From an uncultured Bacteroidales bacterium (GTDB taxonomy: Bacteria; Bacteroidota; Bacteroidia; Bacteroidales; UBA4417), in the NCBI GenBank assembly GCA_963802185.1, contig CAWDHU010000017.1:278759-342758 (forward strand): a stretch of 64,000 bases of DNA, given 5' to 3'. The stretch's first letter is position 1; every line of letters starts with the position of its first letter. Positions 49,941 through 60,430 of this stretch are shown here, piece by piece. The notes beneath the pieces were generated by a model. It was given only the letters and a program-made list of their open reading frames with translations. It was not told where the DNA came from and did no database searches. The translations under genes and the position numbers were made by a program.

Positions 49941-50540
49941 ATGAAAAAAACTTTCATTCAGGTCTTTGCAGTTATCCTGATCGGCAGCTTGCTGGTAGCA
50001 AGTTGTAAAAAAGACGAAACCACTCCGGCCAACTCATTTAAATATAACAGCAAAGAATCGGTTATAGGAACTGCTTTTGCCGGTAATCTTGGTGAAATTT
50101 CTGATGGAGCATATGGATACTATGTATATTTTCTGGAGAACACCATGACAGTTCATTATGACAATTCTTCAATTGATTCAATTTCAGGCATTGGTGATTT
50201 ATTGGAGATAGCCATGGTGAGCTCCGATTCAGCCGGAATAAAACCGGGTGTTTATAATTTCAGTTCCAGTCAAACTACATTTAACACATTCACTTTTGGG
50301 TATGAATCCGGTCTTTTAATAAATTATGACGATACCAGTGAAACTCCTCCCACTGTGTTGTATTTCAGTGGAGGTAAAATTACTGTGGCAAAAAATGGTG
50401 ACATATACGAAGTTACCTTATCTATAACAACAACCGCAAACACGACTATTACGGGCTTTTACAAAGGGGAAATTGTTGTTTATCAGATGGGCAAGAAAGC
50501 TTCTTCCAGAAATCCTTTTTCCTCTCCATTATTTAAATAG
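49941..50540 (+). CDS. Hypothetical lipoprotein
   Basis: Lipobox VASC-KKDE, beta-rich, followed by its own terminator. Confidence 0.75.
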   Translation: MKKTFIQVFAVILIGSLLVASCKKDETTPANSFKYNSKESVIGTAFAGNLGEISDGAYGYYVYFLENTMTVHYDNSSIDSISGIGDLLEIAMVSSDSAGIKPGVYNFSSSQTTFNTFTFGYESGLLINYDDTSETPPTVLYFSGGKITVAKNGDIYEVTLSITTTANTTITGFYKGEIVVYQMGKKASSRNPFSSPLFK

Positions 50541-50563
50541 AACTTATTTCAGTTTCTATGGCA

Positions 50564-50602
50564 GATCAAGCCTGTGTTTTATTACCAGGCTTGATCAGTT
50601 TT
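50564..50602 (+). terminator. Terminator
   Basis: GATCAAGCCTG...CAGGCTTGATC followed by AGTTTT. Confidence 0.7.
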
Positions 50603-50669
50603 GCTTTTTATAAGTTTTGGTTTGGCCAACGAGCAGAGTAGAATTAATATTGCGTAATTTTGCATTGTT

Positions 50670-51017
50670 ATGGTAATTGAAGTTTTAAAATCAAAAATAC
50701 ACAGGGCCACCGTTACACAGGCCAGCCTGAATTATATCGGCTCCATTTCCATTGATGAAGATCTGATGGATGCTGCGAACCTTATTGAATTTGAAAAAGT
50801 TCAGGTTTTAAATATTAACAATGGCGAAAGACTCGAAACCTATGTAATAGTTGGCGAAAGAGGTACAGGCGTTATTTCCATTAATGGCGCTGCTGCCCGC
50901 AAAGCCCAGGTTGGTGACATTATAATAATTGCCTCATATGCCCAAATGGATTTTGAAGAAGCAAAAAAAAATAAGCCTGCTATCGTGTTCCCCACTGCAC
51001 AAAACAAACTAAACTAA
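50670..51017 (+). CDS. panD: Aspartate 1-decarboxylase
   Basis: [15 protein letters not shown] cleavage site, [15 protein letters not shown]. Confidence 0.97.
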   Translation: MVIEVLKSKIHRATVTQASLNYIGSISIDEDLMDAANLIEFEKVQVLNINNGERLETYVIVGERGTGVISINGAAARKAQVGDIIIIASYAQMDFEEAKKNKPAIVFPTAQNKLN

Positions 51018-51023
51018 ACGTCT

Positions 51024-52043
51024 TTGAATCCAAAACTCAAGAATTTCATCCGTTTCACAGTATTCCTGGGAATCGGCATTTTTTTTATCTGGATATTTCT
51101 ACGTAATCTCACTGCTGAACAAAAGCAGGAGATACTAAACTCTATGGGTAATGCTAACTACTGGTGGATAGCCCTTGCTATTCCATTAGGTGTTCTGAGC
51201 CATTACATTCGAGCTATACGATGGAAAATGCTGATTGAAACCATGGGGTACAAACCAGGAAACAACAATATGTTTTTTGCTGTTATGGTTGGTTATTTTG
51301 CAAATCTTGCCTTGCCCCGCCTCGGCGAAGTCAGCCGCTGCACTATTCTTACTAAGTACGAAAATGTGCCGTTCCAAAAATCGTTTGGTACAGTAATAAC
51401 TGAACGGGTTCTGGACATGATGGTTTTCTTCTTTCTTTTCTTCCTCAACCTGGCGATGCAAGCTGAACGTCTTTCGGGTTACATAGATGAAAATATATAC
51501 AAACCTCTTCAATCCAAACTTCATCTGAGTTACAACCTCTCCGGAGCCGTTACAATTATTGCAATATCTTTTATTGTCATTTTTGGAATCATTGCCCTGG
51601 TTTTCGGAAAAAAAATTAAAGCAAATAAATATTATAAAAAAATCAAATTGATGGCTCTTGGCTTTATTGAAGGCATGAAATCGCTCACCAAAGTCAGGAA
51701 TATCTGGTTATTCTTTTTTTATACAATTTCGATATGGGCATTATACTTACTCATGGCTTACGTTGTATTCTTCAGCATACCGGCTAGCAGTGAAGTAGGG
51801 ATTGATGCCGGCCTGGCTGTGCTGGTTTTCGGATCAATCGGAATTATGGTTGTACAGGGCGGAATAGGAATTTATCCTGCCATTGTTGCCGAAACTCTTG
51901 CACTTTATGGTGTTGCCAGTTCACAGGGATATGCATTGGGATGGCTGATCTGGACTTCGCAAAACCTGACTATTGTTGTTTTTGGAATTATTTCATTAAT
52001 TTTATTACCAATTCTAAATAACCGTAAAAATGAAAAGACTTGA
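51024..52043 (+). CDS. Lysylphosphatidylglycerol synthase TM-domain (flippase-like) protein
   Basis: RAIRWKML, GYFANLALPRLGEVSR, GTVITERVLD, QGGIG; TTG start. Confidence 0.85.
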   Translation: MNPKLKNFIRFTVFLGIGIFFIWIFLRNLTAEQKQEILNSMGNANYWWIALAIPLGVLSHYIRAIRWKMLIETMGYKPGNNNMFFAVMVGYFANLALPRLGEVSRCTILTKYENVPFQKSFGTVITERVLDMMVFFFLFFLNLAMQAERLSGYIDENIYKPLQSKLHLSYNLSGAVTIIAISFIVIFGIIALVFGKKIKANKYYKKIKLMALGFIEGMKSLTKVRNIWLFFFYTISIWALYLLMAYVVFFSIPASSEVGIDAGLAVLVFGSIGIMVVQGGIGIYPAIVAETLALYGVASSQGYALGWLIWTSQNLTIVVFGIISLILLPILNNRKNEKT

Positions 52044-52533
52044 AATAATCCGGAAAAAGATTTTCAATTATAATGACGCCGATTTCAGTCGTATGCTAGC
52101 CATATGGCGGTTCCAGGGCAAGAAAATAGTGTTTACAAACGGGTGTTTCGATATTTTGCATCTCGGGCATATTGATTACCTGTCGACGGCTTCTGATTTA
52201 GGAGACCTGTTTATTATCGGCCTGAATACAGATCAATCCGTTAGCCGGATTAAAGGAAATAACCGGCCTTTACAGGACGAAATATCAAGGGCGTTTGTCC
52301 TTGCATCCCTGGGTTTTGTGGATTATGTGGTTTATTTTGGCGAAGACACACCCTACAATCTAATAAAAACTATTCAACCCGATATCCTGGTTAAAGGCGC
52401 CGATTATAAACATGAAGATATTGTGGGGTATGATATTGTAAAAAATAAAGGAGGCGAGATTGTTACTGTTGAATTTCTCGAAGGGTACTCGACTACTGCT
52501 ATAGAGAAAAAAATACTTAGAGAAAAGACATAG
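52030..52533 (+). CDS. rfaE2: D-glycero-beta-D-manno-heptose 1-phosphate adenylyltransferase
   Basis: VFTNGCFDILHLGH, GLNTDQSV, KG..RP, PDILVKGADY, GYSTT. Confidence 0.93.
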   Translation: MKRLEIIRKKIFNYNDADFSRMLAIWRFQGKKIVFTNGCFDILHLGHIDYLSTASDLGDLFIIGLNTDQSVSRIKGNNRPLQDEISRAFVLASLGFVDYVVYFGEDTPYNLIKTIQPDILVKGADYKHEDIVGYDIVKNKGGEIVTVEFLEGYSTTAIEKKILREKT

Positions 52534-52540
52534 TGGTTGT

Positions 52541-52618
52541 TGAATTTCGGATTTCGGATTGTGGATTTCGGAATGAATTCTCCATTTGATAAATCCGAAA
52601 TCGCACATCAGCAATCCG
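52541..52618. repeat. Heptamer tandem repeat with an inverted counterpart
   Basis: (ATTTCGG)2-ATTGTGG-ATTTCGG, then AATCCGA-AATCGCA-CATCAGC-AATCCG. Confidence 0.7.
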
Positions 52619-52640
52619 GGATTCTCCCTACCTTTACACC

Positions 52641-54005
52641 ATGGCAAAAACGAAAACCGTATTTTTCTGTCAAAGTTGCGGAGCTCAATCTGCTAAATGG
52701 ATGGGCCGTTGTACTTCGTGTGGCGAGTGGAATACTTTTGTGGAAGAAGTAGTGCAACGCGATGATTCTGCAGCTAAAACAACAGGAAATTTTAAAACTA
52801 CTGAGTCTCGTCCGCGGAAACTTAAAGAAATTGAACAAGGCAACGAAACCCGTTCAACTACTAATAATGGGGAACTCGACCGGGTGCTTGGAGGTGGCCT
52901 GGTTGAAGGATCACTGATATTAATTGGTGGTGAACCCGGAATAGGAAAATCGACACTGATGCTTCAGATTGCCCTGCATATGGAGAATATACGGGTACTT
53001 TATGTTTCGGGAGAAGAAAGTGAACAGCAATTACGTATGCGTGCCGACCGTCTGGGTTATAAAGACCCCGATCTGTATATACTTACTGAAACCAATACCC
53101 AAAGCATTTTTCAGCATGTACTGTCGGTAGAGCCTGGTTTGGTTATTGTCGATTCCATCCAAACCCTGCAAACCAACCTGATAGAATCATCGGCTGGCAG
53201 TATTTCACAAATACGTGAAACTGCTGCGGAGATGCAGCGTTTTGCGAAAACTACCGGAGTTCCCGTAATCCTGATAGGGCATATAACAAAAGATGGAGCT
53301 CTTGCCGGTCCGAAAATACTGGAACATATGGTTGATGCCGTGCTGCAATTCGAAGGCGACCGAAACCATGGATACAGGATTCTGCGTGCTGTAAAGAACC
53401 GTTTTGGGTCAGCATCAGAACTTGGTATTTTTGAAATGCGTGATACCGGTTTACGCGAAGTTACCAATCCATCCGAAATACTGATCTCACAACGCGAAGA
53501 ACCTACCAGCGGAGTGGCCATTGCCAGCACAATCGAAGGTATGCGACCCATGCTAATCGAAGTACAGGCCCTGGTAAGTTCAGCTGCTTACGGTACGCCG
53601 CAACGATCGAGCACAGGATTCGACAGCCGCCGGCTGAATATGCTCCTGGCTGTGCTCGAGAAACGATGCGGTTTCCGGTTGGGAATAAAAGATGTATTCC
53701 TGAATATTGCAGGTGGAATCAGTGTTGATGATCCGGCTATAGATATGGCAGTTATTAGTGCAATACTTTCTTCAAACGAAGATATCCCGGCCGATCAGCA
53801 GATTTGCTTTTCAGGCGAAGTCGGACTTTCGGGCGAAATACGACCTGTAAACCGCATTGAACAGCGCATTGCCGAAGCTGAAAAACTGGGCTTCAAACAA
53901 ATACTTGTTTCACGACATAACCTGAAAGGTCTGAAAACAGATAAATGGGCAATTAAGGTTACCGGCGTTGGAAAAGTGGAGGAAGTTTTCGGGATATTAT
54001 TTTAA
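52641..54005 (+). CDS. radA: DNA repair protein RadA/Sms
   Basis: C4 zinc finger, GEPGIGKST, KNRFG, GEVGLSGEIR. Confidence 0.98.
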   Translation: MAKTKTVFFCQSCGAQSAKWMGRCTSCGEWNTFVEEVVQRDDSAAKTTGNFKTTESRPRKLKEIEQGNETRSTTNNGELDRVLGGGLVEGSLILIGGEPGIGKSTLMLQIALHMENIRVLYVSGEESEQQLRMRADRLGYKDPDLYILTETNTQSIFQHVLSVEPGLVIVDSIQTLQTNLIESSAGSISQIRETAAEMQRFAKTTGVPVILIGHITKDGALAGPKILEHMVDAVLQFEGDRNHGYRILRAVKNRFGSASELGIFEMRDTGLREVTNPSEILISQREEPTSGVAIASTIEGMRPMLIEVQALVSSAAYGTPQRSSTGFDSRRLNMLLAVLEKRCGFRLGIKDVFLNIAGGISVDDPAIDMAVISAILSSNEDIPADQQICFSGEVGLSGEIRPVNRIEQRIAEAEKLGFKQILVSRHNLKGLKTDKWAIKVTGVGKVEEVFGILF

Positions 54006-54010
54006 TCACA

Positions 54011-55684
54011 TCATCTTACATCAATCCTGATTAATTTACTGTTCATTGGTTTACTCAGGGATGTTTTTAATGAAAATCCAAACTGATATTTTCCTGCTTT
54101 TAATTTCGGAATTGTAAATTTCAATTGACTTTTTTTGCTCTTTCCTGCTCCGATTAATCCAATGGGTGAATCAACCGCAACAGGCTGGAAAACAATTGAA
54201 CTTTTATTAATAAAAACTGCTATTATATTGACTGGAAACTGCGTATGATGGAAATCGATTGTATATGAGTACGGGTTGTTAATCGAAATTTGTATCACAA
54301 TTGTATCTCCTTGTTGGAAGAGAGTTTCCGGTAATTCAAAAGCAACAACCATCCGGTTCACAGTTTGTAATCTGCCCGTAACAAACCCATTGATAAAAAC
54401 ATCTCCATCTGTAATTTTTTTTGATCGTCCGATTATTTTTGAGCAAACAAACACAGGTTTATTATGATATTGTTTTTCCCATTGCCACATATCGAATTGA
54501 GTGTATCTGCCCTCCAGGGAACTCAATGTGAATGCATTTTTTGAAGTAAAATAATGATATCTTGATGGATTCTGGAATGATCCGAGGAATACTACCGGCA
54601 ACTCCCCGGCTACTTTGCTGATGAGTTGCATACGTGGATTCTCTTTTTCAAAACTACATTTCGAAGCTATAAAATAATTATCTGCAATAAGCATACGAGC
54701 TACCATTAGCAGGAAAACTGAAGGAAGAATGAATCTTATAGAATAATCTTTTAGCTTTTTGTTCTCCTGAATCCGGTTATAAAGAAGAATAATCATAGGG
54801 ATTGTGGCGGCTACAGACCATTGTGGCTGAACATGCCCTCTGAAACCCGTAGTCCAGAAAAATAGAAGAAACCCGATTATTAAAAAGTACAAAGCACGTT
54901 CGAATAAGTCTCCAGGCCTGTACTTGATTAAGATATAAAGAATAGCAACAAATGTAAACGGATTAAAAGCTACAAATGTATTAGGAATATATCCGATGAT
55001 ATACTGCCATGTAAATTCACTTGCCCTGTCAATCAGGTGATAGTCAAATGTTGGAAAATCGTGATCATATTGCCAATAAAAATGTGGGATAAGTAATACT
55101 AATCCTAAAACTGCTGAAAACCCGAATTTCCCGTTGAGTAACAAACGAATGTTCGAGAGTACGACTAAACCAATAACCAGGGAAGCCTGGTATTTGCTGT
55201 AAACCAGTCCTGCCATTGCGATGCCAAGGAAAAATGCGATTTTCAGGTTTGCCTCTTTTAAAAACTGCTTATACAGGTATAAAAATAAAGCCGTGAAGAA
55301 TAGAAGCGGCACATCAGGAGTTGTAACAAATCCATAAACAGTAAACAACACGAAGGAAGATACCACTAAAAAGAAAAATAAAACCTTATTAGTATCAGGG
55401 TGCTTCTCATCAACAACTTTCCAGATTATATATATTGTAAATGCATGGACCAGTGTCGTTATAAACCGAATTCCAAGCGCTCCTGAAAAGAGGATTGAGC
55501 TTACCCGGGTTAAAATTCCAACTAAAGGTGGATGGTCGAAATACCCCCAACTTAAATGTTCACCATATAATGCATAATAAGCCTCATCACTGATGATTCC
55601 AGTATAATATGCCTGGAACAAATTCACAACAAACGTTGCGATCAGCAGCGCAAAAAACCAATATTTATAATGAAGATTCTTCAT
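54011..55684 (-). CDS. ArnT/GT39(PMT)-family glycosyltransferase
   Basis: DEAYY, WGYFDHPPL, TPDVPLLFF, SKY, multiple TMs. Confidence 0.85.
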   Translation of the reverse strand: MKNLHYKYWFFALLIATFVVNLFQAYYTGIISDEAYYALYGEHLSWGYFDHPPLVGILTRVSSILFSGALGIRFITTLVHAFTIYIIWKVVDEKHPDTNKVLFFFLVVSSFVLFTVYGFVTTPDVPLLFFTALFLYLYKQFLKEANLKIAFFLGIAMAGLVYSKYQASLVIGLVVLSNIRLLLNGKFGFSAVLGLVLLIPHFYWQYDHDFPTFDYHLIDRASEFTWQYIIGYIPNTFVAFNPFTFVAILYILIKYRPGDLFERALYFLIIGFLLFFWTTGFRGHVQPQWSVAATIPMIILLYNRIQENKKLKDYSIRFILPSVFLLMVARMLIADNYFIASKCSFEKENPRMQLISKVAGELPVVFLGSFQNPSRYHYFTSKNAFTLSSLEGRYTQFDMWQWEKQYHNKPVFVCSKIIGRSKKITDGDVFINGFVTGRLQTVNRMVVAFELPETLFQQGDTIVIQISINNPYSYTIDFHHTQFPVNIIAVFINKSSIVFQPVAVDSPIGLIGAGKSKKSQLKFTIPKLKAGKYQFGFSLKTSLSKPMNSKLIRIDVR

Positions 55685-55808
55685 TGAAGGATCTTTATTA
55701 ATATAGAAAACGGTAAATATAACTAAAAAAAGAAGATATGATTACATTATAGATATAAAAAGTCATATGATCAGGTTGTGCTGATCAATAATATTGAGCA
55801 TTCATTTC

Positions 55809-58800
55809 TCAATACTCATCCCAACTCAAAATCGCAATATCCTCCGGCTGCAATTTGCAGATAGCATATATAAATGCACTGGCTAAACGCGCATTAGTTA
55901 TTAACGGTATATTGAAATCTACAGCAGCCCTTCGGATCTCGTAATCGTTGTAAAGCTCGGTTTTTGAAAGATTTTTCGGGATATTAATGACCAGATCTAT
56001 TTTCCGGCTCTTCAGGTATTCCAATGTATTGGGTGATTCAGCTTCATCAGGCCAGTATAAAGTAGTAACCGGAACATCATTATCCGAAAGGAACTTTGCC
56101 GAACCACGGGTTGCAAAAAGATTGTATCCGCGTTCAACCAGCATTCGCGCACTTGTCAGCAATTCAATTTTGGAACGGGTATCGCCTGATGAGAAGAGGA
56201 TATTCTTTTCAGGAATCCTGTATCCAACTGATAACATTGCTTTTAAAAGTGCTTCGTAATAATTTTCACCTATGCAGCCCACTTCGCCTGTACTTGCCAT
56301 TTCGACACCAAGCACAGGATCCGCCTTCTGAAGCCTTGAAAACGAAAACTGAGAAGCTTTGATGCCCACGTAATCCATTTCAAAAGCAGATTTGCCGGGT
56401 TTTTCCACTTCAATGCCGAGCATAATTTTGGTAGCAAGTTCAATCAGATTAATTTTAAGAACTTTGCTTACAAACGGGAAACTCCTGGATGCACGCAGGT
56501 TACATTCAATAACTTTAATATCATTGTCCTTTGCAAGGAACTGCATGTTAAAAGGCCCACTAATATTAAGTGCGCGGGCAATATCGCGTGAAATCTTTTT
56601 AATACGGCGAGAAGTTTCGAAATACATTTTTTGTGCCGGGAATACGATGGTTGCATCGCCTGAATGCACTCCTGCAAACTCAATATGCTCCGAAATGGCA
56701 TAAGCAATTACTTCCCCTTTGTCGGCAACAGCATCAATCTCGATTTCCTTTGCATTCTGAATAAACTCTGAAACCACAACAGGGTATTGTTTCGACACCC
56801 TTGCAGCCAGCGTAAGAAAGAAATCAAGCTCCTCCCGATTGGATACAACGTTCATTGCTGCTCCAGAAAGCACATAAGAGGGACGGATCAGAACCGGGAA
56901 ACCTACTTCATCCACAAAATCATAAATCTGCTCAACCTCTACAAGTTCTTTCCATCGTGGCTGATCAATTTTCAATGTATCCAGGAGTGAAGAGAATTTA
57001 TGACGATTTTCGGCATTGTCGATACTTTCGGGAGCGGTTCCTAAAATCGGGACTTTTTCCCCGTGCAGGCGCATCACCAGGTTATTTGCAATTTGTCCCC
57101 CGGTACTTACAACCACTCCTTTGGGCTGTTCCAGTTCAATAATATCCATCGTTCGTTCAAAGGATAGCTCATCGAAAAAGAGCCTGTCGCAGGTATCGTA
57201 ATCAGTGCTTACAGTTTCGGGATTAAAGTTGATCATTACACCACGATAACCTTCGTTTCTTGCAGTAGTCAGTGCATTTACCGAGCACCAGTCAAACTCA
57301 ACAGAACTACCAATCCGGTATGCGCCTGAGCCAAGTACGATAACCGATTTGCCATCTTTTTCCGGTATAATATCATGAGCTGAACCATTATATGTCAGGT
57401 ACAGATAATTGGTTTGCGCAGGATATTCGGCTGCCAATGTGTCGATTTGTTTAATATAAGGCACAACTCCTAGTGATTTCCGATAGTTACGGACTTTGAG
57501 CATTTCCTCATGCATATTACCCGGATTCTTTTTAATGAAACGGGCAATCTGAAAATCAGAAAAGCCTTTCTGTTTGGTCTCTTTCATCATTTCTGATGAA
57601 ATATCTTCAATTTTATTGATGGTTTTAAGTTCAACCATATGATCGAAAATCGATTTCAGTTTAACAAGGAACCAGTTATCAATTTTTGTAAGTTCATGGA
57701 TCCTGTCAACGGTATAACCTGCTCCGAATGCGCTAGCTATGGAATAAATACGCATATCTGTAGGTGCCGAAAGGGCCTGGTCGATATCCGGAAATTCCAG
57801 GTCGTTGTTCCCGACAAAACCATGTGTCCCCTGCCCTACCATGCGCAGGCCTTTTTGAATGGCTTCCTCAAAAGTTCGACCGATTGCCATTATTTCACCC
57901 ACACTTTTCATACTTGAACCTATTTCCTTGGATACGCCTGTAAATTTATTCAGGTCCCAACGCGGAATCTTGACAACGATATAATCTAATGCCGGTTCAA
58001 AAAAAGCAGTGGTAGTCTTGGTTACAGAGTTTTTGAGTTCATGAAGTCCATATCCTAAAGCCAGTTTGGCGGCTACAAATGCGAGCGGGTAACCCGTTGC
58101 TTTTGATGCCAGTGCCGAGGAACGAGATAAACGGGCATTGACTTCGATAACCCGATAATCTTCTGAATTGGGATCTAGGGCGTATTGCACATTGCATTCA
58201 CCGACAATGCCTACATTGCGAACAATTTCAATGGAAAGGCTGCGTAGTTTATGGTATTCCCTATTGGTAAGCGTCTGTGAAGGAGCTACCACAATGCTCT
58301 CTCCTGTATGAATCCCGAGAGGATCGAAATTCTCCATGTTACAAACAGTGATGCAATTGTCGTAACAATCACGTACCACTTCATATTCAACCTCTTTCCA
58401 GCCTTTGAGTGATTCTTCTACCAGAATCTGAGATGAATAAGAGAATGCAGTTCCAGCCAGTTTCAGCAATTCATCGCGGTTATAACAAAACCCGGAACCT
58501 TGTCCTCCCAGTGTAAATGCCGCCCTGACAATAATCGGGAATCCAAGCGTTTCAGAAGCTTTGAGGGCATCATCAATACTTGTTACAGCTATGCTTCGAG
58601 GGGTTAATATATTGATTTTACGAAGGTTATCAGCAAATATTTCGCGATCTTCGGTATCGATAATGGATTGAACCGGCGTGCCCAAAACTTCAACATTGTA
58701 CTTTTTCAGTACGCCTGATTTAAATAGTGCTATACCACAATTTAAAGCTGTTTGCCCGCCGAACGACAACAATATTCCTTCGGGCCTTTCCTTTTCAATA

Positions 58801-59021
58801 ACTTTTTCAATAAAAAAAGGCGTAACCGGAAGAAAGTAAATTTTATCGGCAACCCCTTCGGAAGTTTGCACTGTCGCGATATTGGGATTGATAAGTATAG
58901 TAAAAATTCCTTCTTCACGTAAGGCTTTTAATGCCTGAGAACCGCTGTAATCAAACTCACCGGCTTCGCCGATTTTCAGAGCTCCTGAACCAAGGACTAG
59001 TACTTTCTTTATTTTCATCAT
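55809..59021 (-). CDS. carB: Carbamoyl-phosphate synthase large subunit
   Basis: GSGALKIGEAGEFDYSG, NPNIAT, GIHTGES, second ATP-grasp GSSVEFDW/NPETVSTD, MGS domain. Confidence 0.99.
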   Translation of the reverse strand: MMKIKKVLVLGSGALKIGEAGEFDYSGSQALKALREEGIFTILINPNIATVQTSEGVADKIYFLPVTPFFIEKVIEKERPEGILLSFGGQTALNCGIALFKSGVLKKYNVEVLGTPVQSIIDTEDREIFADNLRKINILTPRSIAVTSIDDALKASETLGFPIIVRAAFTLGGQGSGFCYNRDELLKLAGTAFSYSSQILVEESLKGWKEVEYEVVRDCYDNCITVCNMENFDPLGIHTGESIVVAPSQTLTNREYHKLRSLSIEIVRNVGIVGECNVQYALDPNSEDYRVIEVNARLSRSSALASKATGYPLAFVAAKLALGYGLHELKNSVTKTTTAFFEPALDYIVVKIPRWDLNKFTGVSKEIGSSMKSVGEIMAIGRTFEEAIQKGLRMVGQGTHGFVGNNDLEFPDIDQALSAPTDMRIYSIASAFGAGYTVDRIHELTKIDNWFLVKLKSIFDHMVELKTINKIEDISSEMMKETKQKGFSDFQIARFIKKNPGNMHEEMLKVRNYRKSLGVVPYIKQIDTLAAEYPAQTNYLYLTYNGSAHDIIPEKDGKSVIVLGSGAYRIGSSVEFDWCSVNALTTARNEGYRGVMINFNPETVSTDYDTCDRLFFDELSFERTMDIIELEQPKGVVVSTGGQIANNLVMRLHGEKVPILGTAPESIDNAENRHKFSSLLDTLKIDQPRWKELVEVEQIYDFVDEVGFPVLIRPSYVLSGAAMNVVSNREELDFFLTLAARVSKQYPVVVSEFIQNAKEIEIDAVADKGEVIAYAISEHIEFAGVHSGDATIVFPAQKMYFETSRRIKKISRDIARALNISGPFNMQFLAKDNDIKVIECNLRASRSFPFVSKVLKINLIELATKIMLGIEVEKPGKSAFEMDYVGIKASQFSFSRLQKADPVLGVEMASTGEVGCIGENYYEALLKAMLSVGYRIPEKNILFSSGDTRSKIELLTSARMLVERGYNLFATRGSAKFLSDNDVPVTTLYWPDEAESPNTLEYLKSRKIDLVINIPKNLSKTELYNDYEIRRAAVDFNIPLITNARLASAFIYAICKLQPEDIAILSWDEY

Positions 59022-59099
59022 TTTTTGAATTCAATTTTATTAGAAAAGAGGGGCAAAATGGTGACAGGGTGACAAAGCGAAAATGTGGATTCCACCGAC

Positions 59100-60182
59100 T
59101 CAGGATTTCGTTTTATTGACTATGGCTAAAAAATCATCAAACAAATACTCACTATCTGTTGGGCCGCTGGAAGCTTCAGGGTGGAACTGAACGGAGAAAA
59201 CAGGCCGGGTTTTGTGCCTGATGCCTTCGTTGGTTCCGTCGTTAAGGTTTTCGAAAAACGGTTCCCAGTCGCTGGAGAGAGATTTGTTATCGATTGCAAA
59301 ACCATGATTTTGTGAAGTCACCATTGCTTTGTTGGTTCCACATTGCAACACCGGCTGGTTATGACTTCGATGCCCGTATTTAAGCTTATATGTATCTGCT
59401 CCTGAAGCCAATGCCAGCAATTGGTTCCCCAGGCAGATCCCAAATATCGGAGTGTCCTGTTTAAGTGATTCAGCAAGATGATTAATGGTTGCATCGCACA
59501 TTTTAGGATTACCTGGCCCGTTCGAAATAAACAACCCATCAAACTTTTCTTTTGAATAATCATAATCCCACGGAACCCTGATCACTGTTGTATTGCGTTT
59601 TACAAAATGCCGGATGATATTATATTTAACACCGCAATCAACGAGCAATATCCGGGTAGAGCCATTTCCATAAGCAATTATTTTATCAGTACTAACCCCT
59701 GCAACCAGGTTTTCTTTATTCGGATCATGGAAACCAGGGTCATTTTCATTAAAAATGATTTTACCCATCATCGCACCTTTTTCGCGGATAATCTTGGTTA
59801 ATTCACGTGTATCGATACCGTACAATCCAGGAATCTGATTTTCAGTCAGCCAGTCGCCAAGGCTTCGCTTAGCACTCCAATGGCTGTATTGTTCTGAATA
59901 ATCCGAGACTATGAGAGCAGTAACCTGTATGCGATCCGATTCAAAGAAATCAGGCAATCCATCTGATACCACCGACTCAGGAACGCCATAATTACCAATA
60001 AGCGGATAGGTAGCAACCATGATCTGGCCGGCAAATGAAGGATCAGTGAGACTTTCGGGATATCCGGTCATGGAAGTATTAAAAACTACTTCTCCTGCTA
60101 CCGATGCTTCAAATCCAAAGGATTTGCCTGTAAAAACGGTACCATCTTCAAGGATGAGTTTTGCGGTGGTTTGTTTTGCCAT
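59100..60182 (-). CDS. carA: Carbamoyl-phosphate synthase small subunit
   Basis: GEVVFNTSMTGY, SNGPG, GICLG, SQNHGF, VQFHPE. Start likely MAKQTT at 60182. Confidence 0.98.
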   Translation of the reverse strand: MAKQTTAKLILEDGTVFTGKSFGFEASVAGEVVFNTSMTGYPESLTDPSFAGQIMVATYPLIGNYGVPESVVSDGLPDFFESDRIQVTALIVSDYSEQYSHWSAKRSLGDWLTENQIPGLYGIDTRELTKIIREKGAMMGKIIFNENDPGFHDPNKENLVAGVSTDKIIAYGNGSTRILLVDCGVKYNIIRHFVKRNTTVIRVPWDYDYSKEKFDGLFISNGPGNPKMCDATINHLAESLKQDTPIFGICLGNQLLALASGADTYKLKYGHRSHNQPVLQCGTNKAMVTSQNHGFAIDNKSLSSDWEPFFENLNDGTNEGIRHKTRPVFSVQFHPEASSGPTDSEYLFDDFLAIVNKTKS

Positions 60183-60430
60183 TATACTGTTATTCAATAT
60201 TATACATTTAAGAAACGATGATCTGTTTCAAAATATCCTGTGCAAAATTTTTTCAGACTAGAGCCTGATCATCCTTATAAAAACTTTACTTGTCTTATAT
60301 CGTAGTTGATTTTTTTACACACAATCAGGGATTGCTGACAACATCAACAATCCCCGGTTTATTCTGAAATCTGATACTTGCCTGCCTGGTTAATACAGTG
60401 CAAATTTACGCTTTTAAAAGATGGTAAGGT

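Noticed and set aside
60191-60208. ARG-box-like sequence before carA
   Set aside because: Spacing and right half deviate from TGAAT-N4-ATTCA in an AT-rich context.
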